From positions 1 through 31,184 of IMG/VR virus record IMGVR_UViG_3300016667_001098: DNA of 31,184 nucleotides; one strand, 5' to 3'. The translations under genes were made by a program, and so were the position numbers. Numbering within the stretch: position 1 is the stretch's first letter; the number at the start of each line of letters is the position of its first letter. Positions 1 through 9,599 of this stretch are shown piece after piece. Source of the stretch: a virus. Taxonomy: Duplodnaviria; Caudoviricetes. Below the pieces are notes generated by a model. It saw only the letters and a program-made list of their open reading frames with translations. It did no database searches and was not told the DNA's origin.

Positions 1-1403
1 TATTCAAGGAATTCAGGAATGATACCCTTCTTCTTCTGTGAGAAAAGGAACCCTGCTTTTGATAAAGCACATTCTTCATCACGAATGAACTTTGCAAACG
101 CTGATTTATCAAGCTCAAATAGCTTACCTGTTACATGTTGAATAACAACCTTATCACCAGTATTTTTTTCAACCTTACCAATCTTTGTTTCTGGTGAAGT
201 GTTGAGTGAAATCATCACGTTCGGGTATAGTGAGTTTGCATCGAAAGAGATAACATAATCTTTAAACCCTGACTTTGGCTCCGCTACATACGCTCCAGGA
301 TTCTTACCACTATCTACATTACGAATAAAGGTAGAGATAATTTCACCACGGTTGCGTGCTCTAATACATAAAGCACCGTTAATTACTTGAATGGTACCCA
401 TTGCACCTTCAAGTGTAGTTAAACCTACATAAGATAGCATTCGAAGTAGAGGAAGGTATTGTAATTTTTCCTCAAGCTTAACGAGCAGATTAACGTCTTG
501 AATGTTATAGTCAATAAATGTAGTCCAGTCAGTATCTGCTAGAGTTGCAAGACTAATACCACCATAATCCACTTTACGTTCACCAAGCTCAACCTCACCG
601 ATAGCATCTAGCTTATATGACTCACGAAGCTTTAAACAAAATCGCTTGTATACATCTAGATAATCTAAACACGCGATACCATCAATATAGTAACGCTTAC
701 GAACCTTACCAAATTGACCTTTAATCTCACGGTAGAAAACATTACCGAGAGGAGATAAGCGTCTTACATACTCTTGACCTAGAATCTTATCAATTCGATT
801 GATGATATATGGAATGTCAAACCCTTCGCAGTTCCAACCGGAAAGTATATCTGGATAATCACTTTCAATATACTCAATGAACTTAATAAACATATCACGT
901 TCATTTTTACAGTGGAAATAATTTACATTATCTTTCAAATTACCTTCGTATGGCTTGATAGCAAAGGTATGAAACTTTTGTGTAAAGTTATCATAACAAG
1001 TAATAACATTTACTACATGATTTGCAGTCTCAATATCTGGAAACGAGTCGACAGAATAAGTCTCGATGTCGAAAAAGCATGAGCGAAGAGGATGCTGACT
1101 AAACTCCACATCTTCATTATTCTGCCAGTACATATCAAGCAAGAACTGCTGCGTAGCAGGAATGTTTTCAAACACTCGCTTAATACCAGAATCAGTTAAG
1201 AACTTATTTCTATTATACTGATTATTAAAAGACTTTTTCTTTACTTTAGTACCATAAATCGATACTTTATCTCCCTTACCATCCTCAACATAAAGGTAGG
1301 GTTCGAACGAGCAAGTGTGCATTACACGCTTGCCGTTCTCGTCCCAAGTAAACAAATTGACGCAACCTTCGCGGTTGTTATAAATAACATTTCGGTAAGA
1401 CAT
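1..1403 (-). CDS. gp43: Family B DNA polymerase (T4 gp43-like), 3' end truncated by window edge
   Basis: Not in the ORF track (runs off the edge). Hand translation from ATG at 1403: MSYRNVIYNN..., ExoI FFDIETYS, ExoII LSGWNCEGFDIPYI, RESYKLDAIG, ExoIII DYNIQDV, GAYVAEP and polymerase motif A SFDANSLYPNVM. Confidence 0.96.
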   Translation of the reverse strand, partial: MSYRNVIYNNREGCVNLFTWDENGKRVMHTCSFEPYLYVEDGKGDKVSIYGTKVKKKSFNNQYNRNKFLTDSGIKRVFENIPATQQFLLDMYWQNNEDVEFSQHPLRSCFFDIETYSVDSFPDIETANHVVNVITCYDNFTQKFHTFAIKPYEGNLKDNVNYFHCKNERDMFIKFIEYIESDYPDILSGWNCEGFDIPYIINRIDKILGQEYVRRLSPLGNVFYREIKGQFGKVRKRYYIDGIACLDYLDVYKRFCLKLRESYKLDAIGEVELGERKVDYGGISLATLADTDWTTFIDYNIQDVNLLVKLEEKLQYLPLLRMLSYVGLTTLEGAMGTIQVINGALCIRARNRGEIISTFIRNVDSGKNPGAYVAEPKSGFKDYVISFDANSLYPNVMISLNTSPETKIGKVEKNTGDKVVIQHVTGKLFELDKSAFAKFIRDEECALSKAGFLFSQKKKGIIPEFLE

Positions 1404-1430
1404 ATATCATATTATAATAGATGTGTTCCT

Positions 1431-2636
1431 TTAATTCCACTGTCTAAGATATTTTCTTTCTGGTGAACCAAATGGAGTGTTTAATGCTTCGAGATGTGCA
1501 CCGATATTCTGATCAAGCTCTAGAATTCTCTTTTCACCGATAGAGCGAAGAATATGAACATTCTTGAAATACGTAGAGCGATTTTTCCAATTGAGAATTG
1601 CATCAATCTTAGCTTCAAACTCTTCTATGGTCTTGAAGCGGAGATCACTCGGAGCGGTATAATAAGTTTCCATGTCTTGACATAAACAAGGAATACCTAG
1701 AGTACATGCTTCAATAAATTTAATGTCAGATTTTGCTTTATTAAAGTTATTGTTCTCTAGAGGCGCTACCATTAGCTGCGCGTTGAGACTTTCAATAAAT
1801 TTTGGATATTGTAAAAGATTCTGCCATGGGTAGAATTCAATCTTACGCTGCTGTACAAGATCTAATAATTGTGGAGGAAATGCACCGACGAAGATCCACT
1901 GATATTTATCAACAGTCTTGCGTACAAAGTCTCTTACTTGCGAGAAGTCGTCCTTACCACCTGTCTTGTTATCGACATCATAATGCGCTCCTGAACCAGT
2001 ATATAGAATTCGTGGTTTACGTTTATTATTTTCAAAGTTTTGAATTACCTTCTTGGAATCAAAGAGGTGACCCATCCAAAAATCTGGAACGAAGTTAGGA
2101 ATAACAGTAATATTTTTATTACCTGTCTTTTCCATATAAAGACGTTTCATGAAGTCACAGGTAACAGTAACTTCATCACACATATTGATAATATCAACGC
2201 AGTTTTGTCTAATCTCGTCAGTATCGAAAGCAAACTTAAACTTATTATAGTCGGGAATCTCTTCTCTAAAGACCACGTCATCGACCTCATAGATAATTTT
2301 AAAGCCATGTTCCTGTTGTACTTGTTTAAGAAATTTTACAAACTCTTTTTGTGAATTGGAGGCCTGTCTTTGAATCTTTACAGCCTTAATACCTGCATAC
2401 CAGCGTGGATCAGTAATCATTGCTGTTACTGAATGTGATACACCTACACCGGTAGCATTAATTACAGATTCTGGCCATAGAATACGCCAATGACCACAAC
2501 CAGATAAGTCAGCTAAATAGTTTAAGTATCTTGGAAGCTGTGTTTCAGCTGGAGCTGGTGGTGGTGGTGCTGCTAAGACTGGTGCACCAGCAAAGGGTGA
2601 CGCGAATGGTCTTGGAAATGGACTAACGTTAAACAT
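1431..2636 (-). CDS. Glycosyltransferase (GT-B/GT4-like) with Pro-rich N-terminus
   Basis: GCGHWRILWP, IIYEVDD, ITVIPNFV, APLENNNFNKAKSDIKFIEACTLGIP are typical of GT-B glycosyltransferases. Confidence 0.8.
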   Translation of the reverse strand: MFNVSPFPRPFASPFAGAPVLAAPPPPAPAETQLPRYLNYLADLSGCGHWRILWPESVINATGVGVSHSVTAMITDPRWYAGIKAVKIQRQASNSQKEFVKFLKQVQQEHGFKIIYEVDDVVFREEIPDYNKFKFAFDTDEIRQNCVDIINMCDEVTVTCDFMKRLYMEKTGNKNITVIPNFVPDFWMGHLFDSKKVIQNFENNKRKPRILYTGSGAHYDVDNKTGGKDDFSQVRDFVRKTVDKYQWIFVGAFPPQLLDLVQQRKIEFYPWQNLLQYPKFIESLNAQLMVAPLENNNFNKAKSDIKFIEACTLGIPCLCQDMETYYTAPSDLRFKTIEEFEAKIDAILNWKNRSTYFKNVHILRSIGEKRILELDQNIGAHLEALNTPFGSPERKYLRQWN

Positions 2637-2643
2637 CCTGTAT

Positions 2644-2671
2644 ATATTATATTATATATCTGTAAAATCAA
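2644..2671 (-). promoter_or_regulatory. Sigma70-like promoter
   Basis: TTGATT-N16-TAATAT-N7-ATG(2636). Confidence 0.55.
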
Positions 2672-4457
2672 CTCGTCGTGTAATACCGTTTTCTTTCTCT
2701 AGAAAGATCACATCACCAGTAACAGCTTTAATAGATTCTTTACGATGTGAGATTACAATAGAGCATTCATTTAACTCTTCCACACGATCTTGCAGAATTT
2801 GTGTAATTAACTCAATACCCTTTTCATCAAAAGATGAATCGAAGAGTTCATCATAAATTGCAATATTATACCTAACACCACCTTGCAGACGTCTAATATC
2901 TGAAAAAGTAAATAGACATGCTAAGTCAATTGACTTACGTTCAGCACCTGAAAAGTTAAAATAAGAGCATACTTTATTCTTTTCGTTTAAAATCTCTTCC
3001 TCAAAGTATTCATTAAAGATACAGATAGAATTTGAATCAAGTTTTCGGAGATAGCTAAGGAGTTTGTTATTAAGTAATTCTAAAAGCTTATTAACAATAT
3101 ATGACTTCACACCTTCTTCTGAAACTACATACTTTACAATATCAAGCTTCGCAAGGTTGTCGCGATATTCTTTTACCTTTTGTTGTAATTCTACTAGACG
3201 TGCTTCTGTATCAAATATGATTGTATCAAAATCTGTCTCGGTAGTTTCAACAGCACAAAGATCTGCTTGTAGTTCTTCTTGCCATTTATCTAATTGATCA
3301 ATACGTGCGCTAATATTTTTAGCATTTTGAATCTGGAGTTTAGCTTCAGATAGTTTGATATTATATAGCTGAATACTAGCTTGTACTTTCTTCTTAGCTT
3401 CTTTAGCTCTCTCTAATTTATCACTTACTTCTTTGATTAATGCGATTGTATCTTCAATCGATTTACGGAGTTTACTTTTTTCACTTTCAATAAATTTTTG
3501 ATCATGATCTTCAATTGAGCGAAGACATACTGGACACTTTTCATCACCTGTACCAATCTTTTGATATATATCCTTTGTATGTGTTACTTCAGCTTTTGAA
3601 GTGCTAACACTACCAACATACTCGCTAATTTTATCATCACAAACATCAAGCTTACTTTCTAATTCAGAAATTTTTGTTTCATATACACTTAGATCTATAT
3701 CTTGTGAAAGATCTAATTGCTTTAGTAGTTTATTTTTTTCTAAAGTATTATCCTGCTGTCTAGTGAGATATAATTCTTGTTTTTCTTTACGTTTTTTAAG
3801 AATAAGATCTTTTTGATATGTATAATTTCTTACTGAGGTAGTAACCTCTTCAAGCTTATTAAATTGCGCATCATGATCGCGTTTAATATCGTTATATTCA
3901 GCGCGAAGTAAAGAAAGCATTTGACTGAACACTTCCATTCCGAAAATATCTTCAATAAACTTACGCTTCTCTACTTTAGCCTTTGCCATAAACGGCACTG
4001 CGTTATTAACGGTCATAATAACGCAGTTTTGGAACACTGCTGGTGAAGCGCTCAGCACATCACAAATATATTTTGTAGTATTAGCAGCACTATCACGTGT
4101 CTTATCTACACCATCTTTATATACAAATACTTTTGTAGGGGATAGTGTACGTATGATCTTGAAGGTATTACATCCTTTTGGTGAGTCTACTTCAAAATCC
4201 AACTCTACATGCGTCTTACCTCCTGTAATATTGTTTGTAATTAGATCTTTTTTTAATTCACGTAGTGTTTCACCAAAAATAGCAAAGTATAAAGCATCCG
4301 CAACTGTAGACTTACCAATTGCATTACGACGATCAGGTTTATCACGGTTTAAGCCGGTAATTACATGTAACCCCTTTCGGAATTCAATAGTTACCGGCTC
4401 TTCACCTACAGATAAAAAATTTACAATACTTAAGCGCTTAAAATTTACTTTTTTCAT
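2652..4457 (-). CDS. gp46: Rad50/SbcC-like recombination ATPase (T4 gp46)
   Basis: Walker A NAIGKST, long coiled coil with CPVC zinc hook, signature FSGAE, Walker B YDELFDSSFD, SH motif. Confidence 0.95.
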   Translation of the reverse strand: MKKVNFKRLSIVNFLSVGEEPVTIEFRKGLHVITGLNRDKPDRRNAIGKSTVADALYFAIFGETLRELKKDLITNNITGGKTHVELDFEVDSPKGCNTFKIIRTLSPTKVFVYKDGVDKTRDSAANTTKYICDVLSASPAVFQNCVIMTVNNAVPFMAKAKVEKRKFIEDIFGMEVFSQMLSLLRAEYNDIKRDHDAQFNKLEEVTTSVRNYTYQKDLILKKRKEKQELYLTRQQDNTLEKNKLLKQLDLSQDIDLSVYETKISELESKLDVCDDKISEYVGSVSTSKAEVTHTKDIYQKIGTGDEKCPVCLRSIEDHDQKFIESEKSKLRKSIEDTIALIKEVSDKLERAKEAKKKVQASIQLYNIKLSEAKLQIQNAKNISARIDQLDKWQEELQADLCAVETTETDFDTIIFDTEARLVELQQKVKEYRDNLAKLDIVKYVVSEEGVKSYIVNKLLELLNNKLLSYLRKLDSNSICIFNEYFEEEILNEKNKVCSYFNFSGAERKSIDLACLFTFSDIRRLQGGVRYNIAIYDELFDSSFDEKGIELITQILQDRVEELNECSIVISHRKESIKAVTGDVIFLEKENGITRRVDFTDI

Positions 4458-5499
4458 ACAGACCTAGAGTATACTCAATGATATCTCTTTTGTTCTCAAT
4501 ATCAAGTAAATTTACAAATTCTTCAATAGCTTGCGGAATATCAATCCCAGATAAATCTTCCTTACTGTCAGTATCTTCAATTAGTCGATTAAAATTAATA
4601 TCATAATCAACCGTGAGTGATTCTGGCTTTAGCTTTGATAGTTTAAGCAGTAAGATATCTAAATCTTCCTGTGAGATATTCATATCAATTTTAAGCTTAA
4701 CAATATTATTGTTAAAAGTCTTAATGACTGATTGAGTAATATTACCTTCGTTGACTAATTCACTTAAAGATACTTTCTTGTAATTTGGTGATACATTATT
4801 AGGAGTGAAGGTATACTCCATCGTATCTAGATCTAGAATGTAATAGCCTTTGTCGTTATCGACATCACCGAAATCCATTTGAAATGGATTACCAACATAA
4901 AGAATAGTACCTTGACCAAATTGTTTCTCATGCCTGGTATGGAAATGCCCAGAGATGACCAGACTAGATTTTGTTAATAGATCACGGATCTTTACACCCT
5001 CCTCACAAATCTTGTAAGAATTCATTTTGAATGTCTCAATTTCAAAATGCCCAAACAGCACATCACTATCCGGTATAGACTTTACATCTGTATTCCATGG
5101 ACAAAATGTAATAGTGCGATCAAATGCTTCAATTGTTAGCGGCTTATCTAAAATTGTAACATTTTTACGCTTCTTAAAGATAGATAACGAGTTAACATCC
5201 GTTCTGTGTTTGTAATAAATGTCATGATTACCGGTAATTGCAATAACATTAAATTCTGACAAGATATCTAGAATATCAGCTGATACTTGTAGTGTGCTCA
5301 CTGAAATTTCACTACGGTTGTGATGCCAATCACCGCAGAAGATAATATCCCTAATATTATTACGTTTACATTCTTCTCTGAACCAGTTCGCCCATTCAAT
5401 AGCGTGTGAATGCCACTCAGCACTGTTTGTGTGAACGCCGAGGTGCAGGTCAGAAAAGATAGCTACTTTAGATTTATTGATCGTAGGAATCATCGTCAC
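4438..5499 (-). CDS. gp47: Mre11/SbcD-like metallophosphoesterase nuclease (T4 gp47)
   Basis: SDLH, GDWH, GNHD, GHFE, SGHFH motifs; adjacent to gp46. Confidence 0.95.
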   Translation of the reverse strand: MTMIPTINKSKVAIFSDLHLGVHTNSAEWHSHAIEWANWFREECKRNNIRDIIFCGDWHHNRSEISVSTLQVSADILDILSEFNVIAITGNHDIYYKHRTDVNSLSIFKKRKNVTILDKPLTIEAFDRTITFCPWNTDVKSIPDSDVLFGHFEIETFKMNSYKICEEGVKIRDLLTKSSLVISGHFHTRHEKQFGQGTILYVGNPFQMDFGDVDNDKGYYILDLDTMEYTFTPNNVSPNYKKVSLSELVNEGNITQSVIKTFNNNIVKLKIDMNISQEDLDILLLKLSKLKPESLTVDYDINFNRLIEDTDSKEDLSGIDIPQAIEEFVNLLDIENKRDIIEYTLGLYEKSKF

Positions 5500-5905
5500 C
5501 GTCTAGAGGTTTAATATATACATGACCGTGAGTATTTTCTGGATCGGACATATATGCTTCATATATTCGTTCTCTATATGAAGTTATCGCTTCGTGATGC
5601 TTTTTTTCCCTTTTAATACGATTAATAAACGCGTGAAATGCAATTGTCGTAAAATATGAGAAAGGATTTGAAGCGGTCTCAAAACTATACTTTTTATATT
5701 TGAGTGCTGCATACATTTTGATTAGTGCATCACCGATCATATCATCCTTATATGAATAGTTGATAAAGTTTGGATTATAACTTAGACCGTAAGCAATTTT
5801 TTTAATATTTTCTGCTAAGTCGTCAGTCAAAATATCAGTATCATAAAATCGCTTTAACGATTCTTTGAATTCTTTCGGATCTATATAATATGCTGCTTTG
5901 GACAT
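5474..5905 (-). CDS. gp55: Late-transcription sigma factor (T4 gp55-like)
   Basis: NFINYSYKDDMIGDAL, NPFSYFTTIAFHAFINRIKREKK, acidic C-terminus; position upstream of gp47 as in T4. Confidence 0.9.
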   Translation of the reverse strand: MSKAAYYIDPKEFKESLKRFYDTDILTDDLAENIKKIAYGLSYNPNFINYSYKDDMIGDALIKMYAALKYKKYSFETASNPFSYFTTIAFHAFINRIKREKKHHEAITSYRERIYEAYMSDPENTHGHVYIKPLDGDDDSYDQ

Positions 5906-5912
5906 CTAACTG

Positions 5913-5940
5913 ATTATAATAATAATCTACTAAATATCAA
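5913..5940 (-). promoter_or_regulatory. Sigma70-like promoter (gp55)
   Basis: TTGATA-N16-TATAAT-N7-ATG(5905). Confidence 0.75.
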
Positions 5941-7370
5941 TCCATTTTAAAATTATTTTCCGTATATTTAATTTTTTCCTTTTCATATATACGCTTTCGT
6001 TTATCGCGATGATTAATACCATATCTTAATTGATCACATATATCAAAAATCACTAGTTTATCTTTTGTGTCATGCTTACGGAGACCGCGACCAATTGACT
6101 GCACAGTTCTAATAAAAGATTTACCACCAGCAGCAAATATAATGTTGTGTAAATTTTTAATATTAACACCTGTTGAAAAAATAGCGCTAATAGCAACACA
6201 TATAACATTCGAATTATCCTCCATTATTTGTTTAATTCTTTCTCTTTCTTCAACTTCTACATCACCTCTAATAAAATATACCAATTTATCGGGTATATTT
6301 TGTAAAGATAGCATTAGTTGCTCACCATGTTTAATATGATTAACAAGTATTAGTGTATTATTTTCTAATTTAGAGCATAGTTTAGTCAGAAACTTATTTC
6401 TACTCTCATTCTCATAGATAAAGTCCAATTCACCACGATATTCATTATCGGTCTCATAACGAGGCACGAAAGAATACTCTAAATTTAAGATTCGAATAGT
6501 AACATTAGCTAGATAATCTTCAACACGAAGCTCGTAACTTGTTTTCTCATATATAACTGGTCCTAGCTTACCAATAATTGACCACTTATCTAGTGAGGCT
6601 TCTGGTAGGGTACCTGTAAACCCGTACTTATTTGGTGTTCTAATAAGATTAACGATCTTACTAATTTTATTAGAAGATAAAAGTTTGTGACATTCATCAA
6701 CAATCAGTAGATCGATATGCTTAACCCAATCATTATCTTCATATTGACTTTGTAAAATACCAATATTGCAGATAATAACATTAGACTCTAAGTTAGGCTT
6801 ATGTTTACCTGTCCATCTACATGTCGTATAGGTAATTCCTACTGAATTAAACTCATTATATGTCTGTTCTACAAGAGTAAGATCTGGTACGATCATTAAA
6901 CACTTGAATGTATCTTTATCTTTACTATTGCGATAGTAATTTTCTATTAGAGCAGCTGTAGTAAATGTCTTACCTGCACCTGTACCTAGAATACACGATC
7001 CTCTACCAAGCTTAAGAGCACGTCTTAATACTTCTTCTTGATAAGATCTCAGATTAAACTTAAAATCGGTATGTAAATCTGCAGATATACCAACATCTAA
7101 CATTTTTTGTAGTGCAGCTGTAATATTAATTTGCACATTTATTTGATTTTTGACCAAATATTGACGAATCTCCCAGTACAATCCTAATTCACATATACCT
7201 GTATTAGATATAATATACTTTCTTTGTGGAATATATCGATTGAATCGTCTAGCAAACCTAGCTCCTTCATTTTTTACACTAAAATGCTCACGAATTTGAT
7301 CGAAAAGTGTAGAATCTTGCGATCTTACTAATAATTTACCAGTTTTAACGTTAATGTCAAAGGTCAGCAT
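5937..7370 (-). CDS. uvsW: SF2 helicase UvsW
   Basis: LRSYQ, TGAGKT, DECH, GFTGT, STGVNIKNLH, QSIGRGLR. Confidence 0.93.
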   Translation of the reverse strand: MLTFDINVKTGKLLVRSQDSTLFDQIREHFSVKNEGARFARRFNRYIPQRKYIISNTGICELGLYWEIRQYLVKNQINVQINITAALQKMLDVGISADLHTDFKFNLRSYQEEVLRRALKLGRGSCILGTGAGKTFTTAALIENYYRNSKDKDTFKCLMIVPDLTLVEQTYNEFNSVGITYTTCRWTGKHKPNLESNVIICNIGILQSQYEDNDWVKHIDLLIVDECHKLLSSNKISKIVNLIRTPNKYGFTGTLPEASLDKWSIIGKLGPVIYEKTSYELRVEDYLANVTIRILNLEYSFVPRYETDNEYRGELDFIYENESRNKFLTKLCSKLENNTLILVNHIKHGEQLMLSLQNIPDKLVYFIRGDVEVEERERIKQIMEDNSNVICVAISAIFSTGVNIKNLHNIIFAAGGKSFIRTVQSIGRGLRKHDTKDKLVIFDICDQLRYGINHRDKRKRIYEKEKIKYTENNFKMD

Positions 7371-7373
7371 GTA

Positions 7374-7769
7374 TTATAGTTGTTCAAGCTTTTGAATTTC
7401 AACGATATTTTTAATTTCGTATCCCATTTGACTCATAATCTTCTCAACTTTTTCTAAATATTCTACAATCATATCAAGCTCTTTAATTTTTTCGGTAATA
7501 GTGACGATTGTATCATGATTATCTGCGGCATGCTCAGCTGTTTGAGGTGTGATTTTAATTGGAGATTCTGCAATTACCTTCTTAACAACATCCTTTTTAA
7601 GTTTATTGCGCTCCGTTTGTAATTGATTACGCTTAATTTTTGCGTCAATTAGACGAGCTACCCAGTAATGCTTACGAGCCGGTAATCTCATTTGAGCTTC
7701 TTTTAGATTAAAATCATCTAAGACCAAATCTTGCCCAATTTCATCGATATACCTTTTAAGCAACTCCAT
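7374..7769 (-). CDS. uvsY: Recombination mediator UvsY-like
   Basis: 131-aa helical protein next to uvsW, KHYW near the N-terminus and C-terminal GYEIKNIVEIQKL resembling the UvsY end. Confidence 0.75.
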   Translation of the reverse strand: MELLKRYIDEIGQDLVLDDFNLKEAQMRLPARKHYWVARLIDAKIKRNQLQTERNKLKKDVVKKVIAESPIKITPQTAEHAADNHDTIVTITEKIKELDMIVEYLEKVEKIMSQMGYEIKNIVEIQKLEQL

Positions 7770-7775
7770 AAATTT

Positions 7776-7803
7776 ATTATAAATATGTATATGAGTAAAT
7801 CAA
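7776..7803 (-). promoter_or_regulatory. Sigma70-like promoter (uvsY)
   Basis: TTGATT-N16-TATAAT-N6-ATG(7769). Confidence 0.75.
7778..7785 (+). promoter_or_regulatory. T4-type late promoter TATAAATA
   Basis: Exact T4 late consensus, 5 nt before ATG 7791; gp55 is encoded in the window. Confidence 0.8.
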
Positions 7804-8033
7804 CTAGCAGATTTGAACAAATATTCCTTCAACTATTAGATGAAGATATTACATCTGCAGCTGTTAATACTACAACACAAACATTTAACCCAAATAATAA
7901 CATTTCTTCGAGTGATAGTTATGCACCTGGTGATGCAAGAATACCTAAATCTATATTTGGTGGTGTTGTAAAACGCGGCGGCTTTATTAAATCAAAGCGA
8001 CGTCGTAGAAAGAAAAGAAAGACTAATGGATAA
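7791..8033 (+). CDS. Small late protein with highly basic C-terminus
   Basis: Start moved to ATG 7791 (5 nt after TATAAATA); ends KRGGFIKSKRRRRKKRKTNG. Confidence 0.7.
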   Translation: MSKSTSRFEQIFLQLLDEDITSAAVNTTTQTFNPNNNISSSDSYAPGDARIPKSIFGGVVKRGGFIKSKRRRRKKRKTNG

Positions 8034-8424
8034 TACAGGTCACTGGGAGGGATTAATATTAGAGAACCAAGAACCACCGTACGGTTTTATATACCGTATT
8101 ACAAATCTTACAAATAATAAAAAATATATTGGTAAGAAGCAATGTAAGACAATTTTAAAGAGACCGCCCTTAAAAGGCAAGAAGAAAAAACGACACGAGG
8201 TAAAAGAAACAGACTGGCGTACTTATACATCCTCATCTCGCGAGCTAAACGAAGACATAGAACAAATTGGTAAAGAACAATTTAAATTCGAGATTATAAA
8301 AATTTGCGATTCTAAGTGGACTTTAGCATACGAGGAAGCTAAAATTCAATTTGAAGAGGAGGTTCTTTTACGTCATGACTACTACAACGGAATTATTAAT
8401 CTCAGAATCGGAAAACGAAAATAA
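8026..8424 (+). CDS. Stand-alone GIY-YIG domain protein
   Basis: GFIYRITNLTNNKKYIGKK, FKFEII, YYNG. Confidence 0.85.
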   Translation: MDNTGHWEGLILENQEPPYGFIYRITNLTNNKKYIGKKQCKTILKRPPLKGKKKKRHEVKETDWRTYTSSSRELNEDIEQIGKEQFKFEIIKICDSKWTLAYEEAKIQFEEEVLLRHDYYNGIINLRIGKRK

Positions 8425-8878
8425 TATTATATATGCACCGATTATTAATTGTGAATTAGTCAATCTTAACTACTTCCTGCAGAAGTCATTCAACGATTAT
8501 TCCTTGTATATTACTCAGCATTCACTAAAGCTTACGCGTAAAGATAAAAACAAACTAGGAATTCATTTTATACTAAAACAACTACTACAGATTGTGTCAG
8601 TATCTAAGTACAAAAAACATTTTTATTATAAGGTCAATGACTCTATTGAGAATATTCTTGTAAAAAGAATATTTGCAGCATTACCCACACGTATACAATA
8701 TGGAGATATTGATTTTAATACATTTGTGAATGAACACGAGTACTATGTCTTTAGATCAATTGACTCGTCTTTAGTTTCATTTAGTAAGTTTAGACAATTT
8801 CTTAAAAGATACGAACTACAATCTCTAGAAAAAGAGTTTCTAAATAATGTAAATGTAAAACTCTCGCTACTCCCATAA
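8375..8878 (+). CDS. Hypothetical protein
   Basis: Open frame fills the gap between neighbours; start uncertain (TTG 8351 or ATG 8375). Confidence 0.6.
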   Translation: MTTTTELLISESENENNIIYAPIINCELVNLNYFLQKSFNDYSLYITQHSLKLTRKDKNKLGIHFILKQLLQIVSVSKYKKHFYYKVNDSIENILVKRIFAALPTRIQYGDIDFNTFVNEHEYYVFRSIDSSLVSFSKFRQFLKRYELQSLEKEFLNNVNVKLSLLP

Positions 8879-8881
8879 ATA
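8876..8881 (+). promoter_or_regulatory. Late promoter core TAAATA
   Basis: 5 nt before ATG 8887; includes upstream TAA stop. Confidence 0.65.
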
Positions 8882-8886
8882 TTTAC

Positions 8887-9261
8887 ATGAATAAAAGATT
8901 TCTTAGGTTAGTCGAAGAACATAACCCTGAAATGTCAAAATATCAATTGGTTTTGAGAGGTGCGGAGGGTGATATTGATGCTGTATCGATATCTGGTACG
9001 GAACATGCATATGATATGTTTGATAATATTAAAAGGATTATCGCACTCGGTGAAAATATTGAAGTACCTGAAGAAGATGCTGAAAATGGCTTGCTAACAC
9101 CTGACCAACAAAAAGCTCTAGATACAGCAACAGCTTTAGTTAAAGATCCTCGTAGGAGATCGTTTCAGGCAGACCCTCGAAAGGATCTTGAACGTACTTT
9201 GGGTGATATGTATAAAAAAATCAGTACTCGAGTACAATCTATAGCTCAAACAATAAGATAA
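8887..9261 (+). CDS. Hypothetical late protein, possible prohead core/internal protein
   Basis: TAAATA 5 nt before ATG; N-terminus MNKRFLRLVEE; acidic middle. Confidence 0.65.
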   Translation: MNKRFLRLVEEHNPEMSKYQLVLRGAEGDIDAVSISGTEHAYDMFDNIKRIIALGENIEVPEEDAENGLLTPDQQKALDTATALVKDPRRRSFQADPRKDLERTLGDMYKKISTRVQSIAQTIR

Positions 9262-9599
9262 TGAAGACTTTAAATTTAATTAATACATACTTAAGTAAGA
9301 TCAACGAGCAAGCTGAAGAAGATTTAAATACAGCAATTGATGCTACGGATGTTACTGATCAACCAGATGAAGCCTCGGCACCGTTAACAACGGAGGGTGA
9401 ACGTCGATTAGTAGATTTACTTGTTAAGGCATTTTTACATGTTCCTACTGACGATGAAGAAAATATTGTAACAGAATTACAAACTACATTACTTAGCCAA
9501 AATCCAAAGTCTGTTGCAGATACTATTGAAAAACTATTAAGTTTAAGTCCAGAATCAACTAAAGATACACTTAATTTAACTACCGATATTAATCAATGA
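9261..9599 (+). CDS. Acidic hypothetical late protein, possible prohead core/internal protein
   Basis: MKTLNLINTYLSKINEQ start, strongly acidic, translationally coupled (TAATG). Confidence 0.65.
   Translation: MKTLNLINTYLSKINEQAEEDLNTAIDATDVTDQPDEASAPLTTEGERRLVDLLVKAFLHVPTDDEENIVTELQTTLLSQNPKSVADTIEKLLSLSPESTKDTLNLTTDINQ

Noticed and set aside
1802-6339. Plus-strand ORFs 1802, 2040, 3064, 3601, 4153, 5027, 6067
   Set aside because: Antisense shadows of well-supported genes; no motifs or promoter signature.
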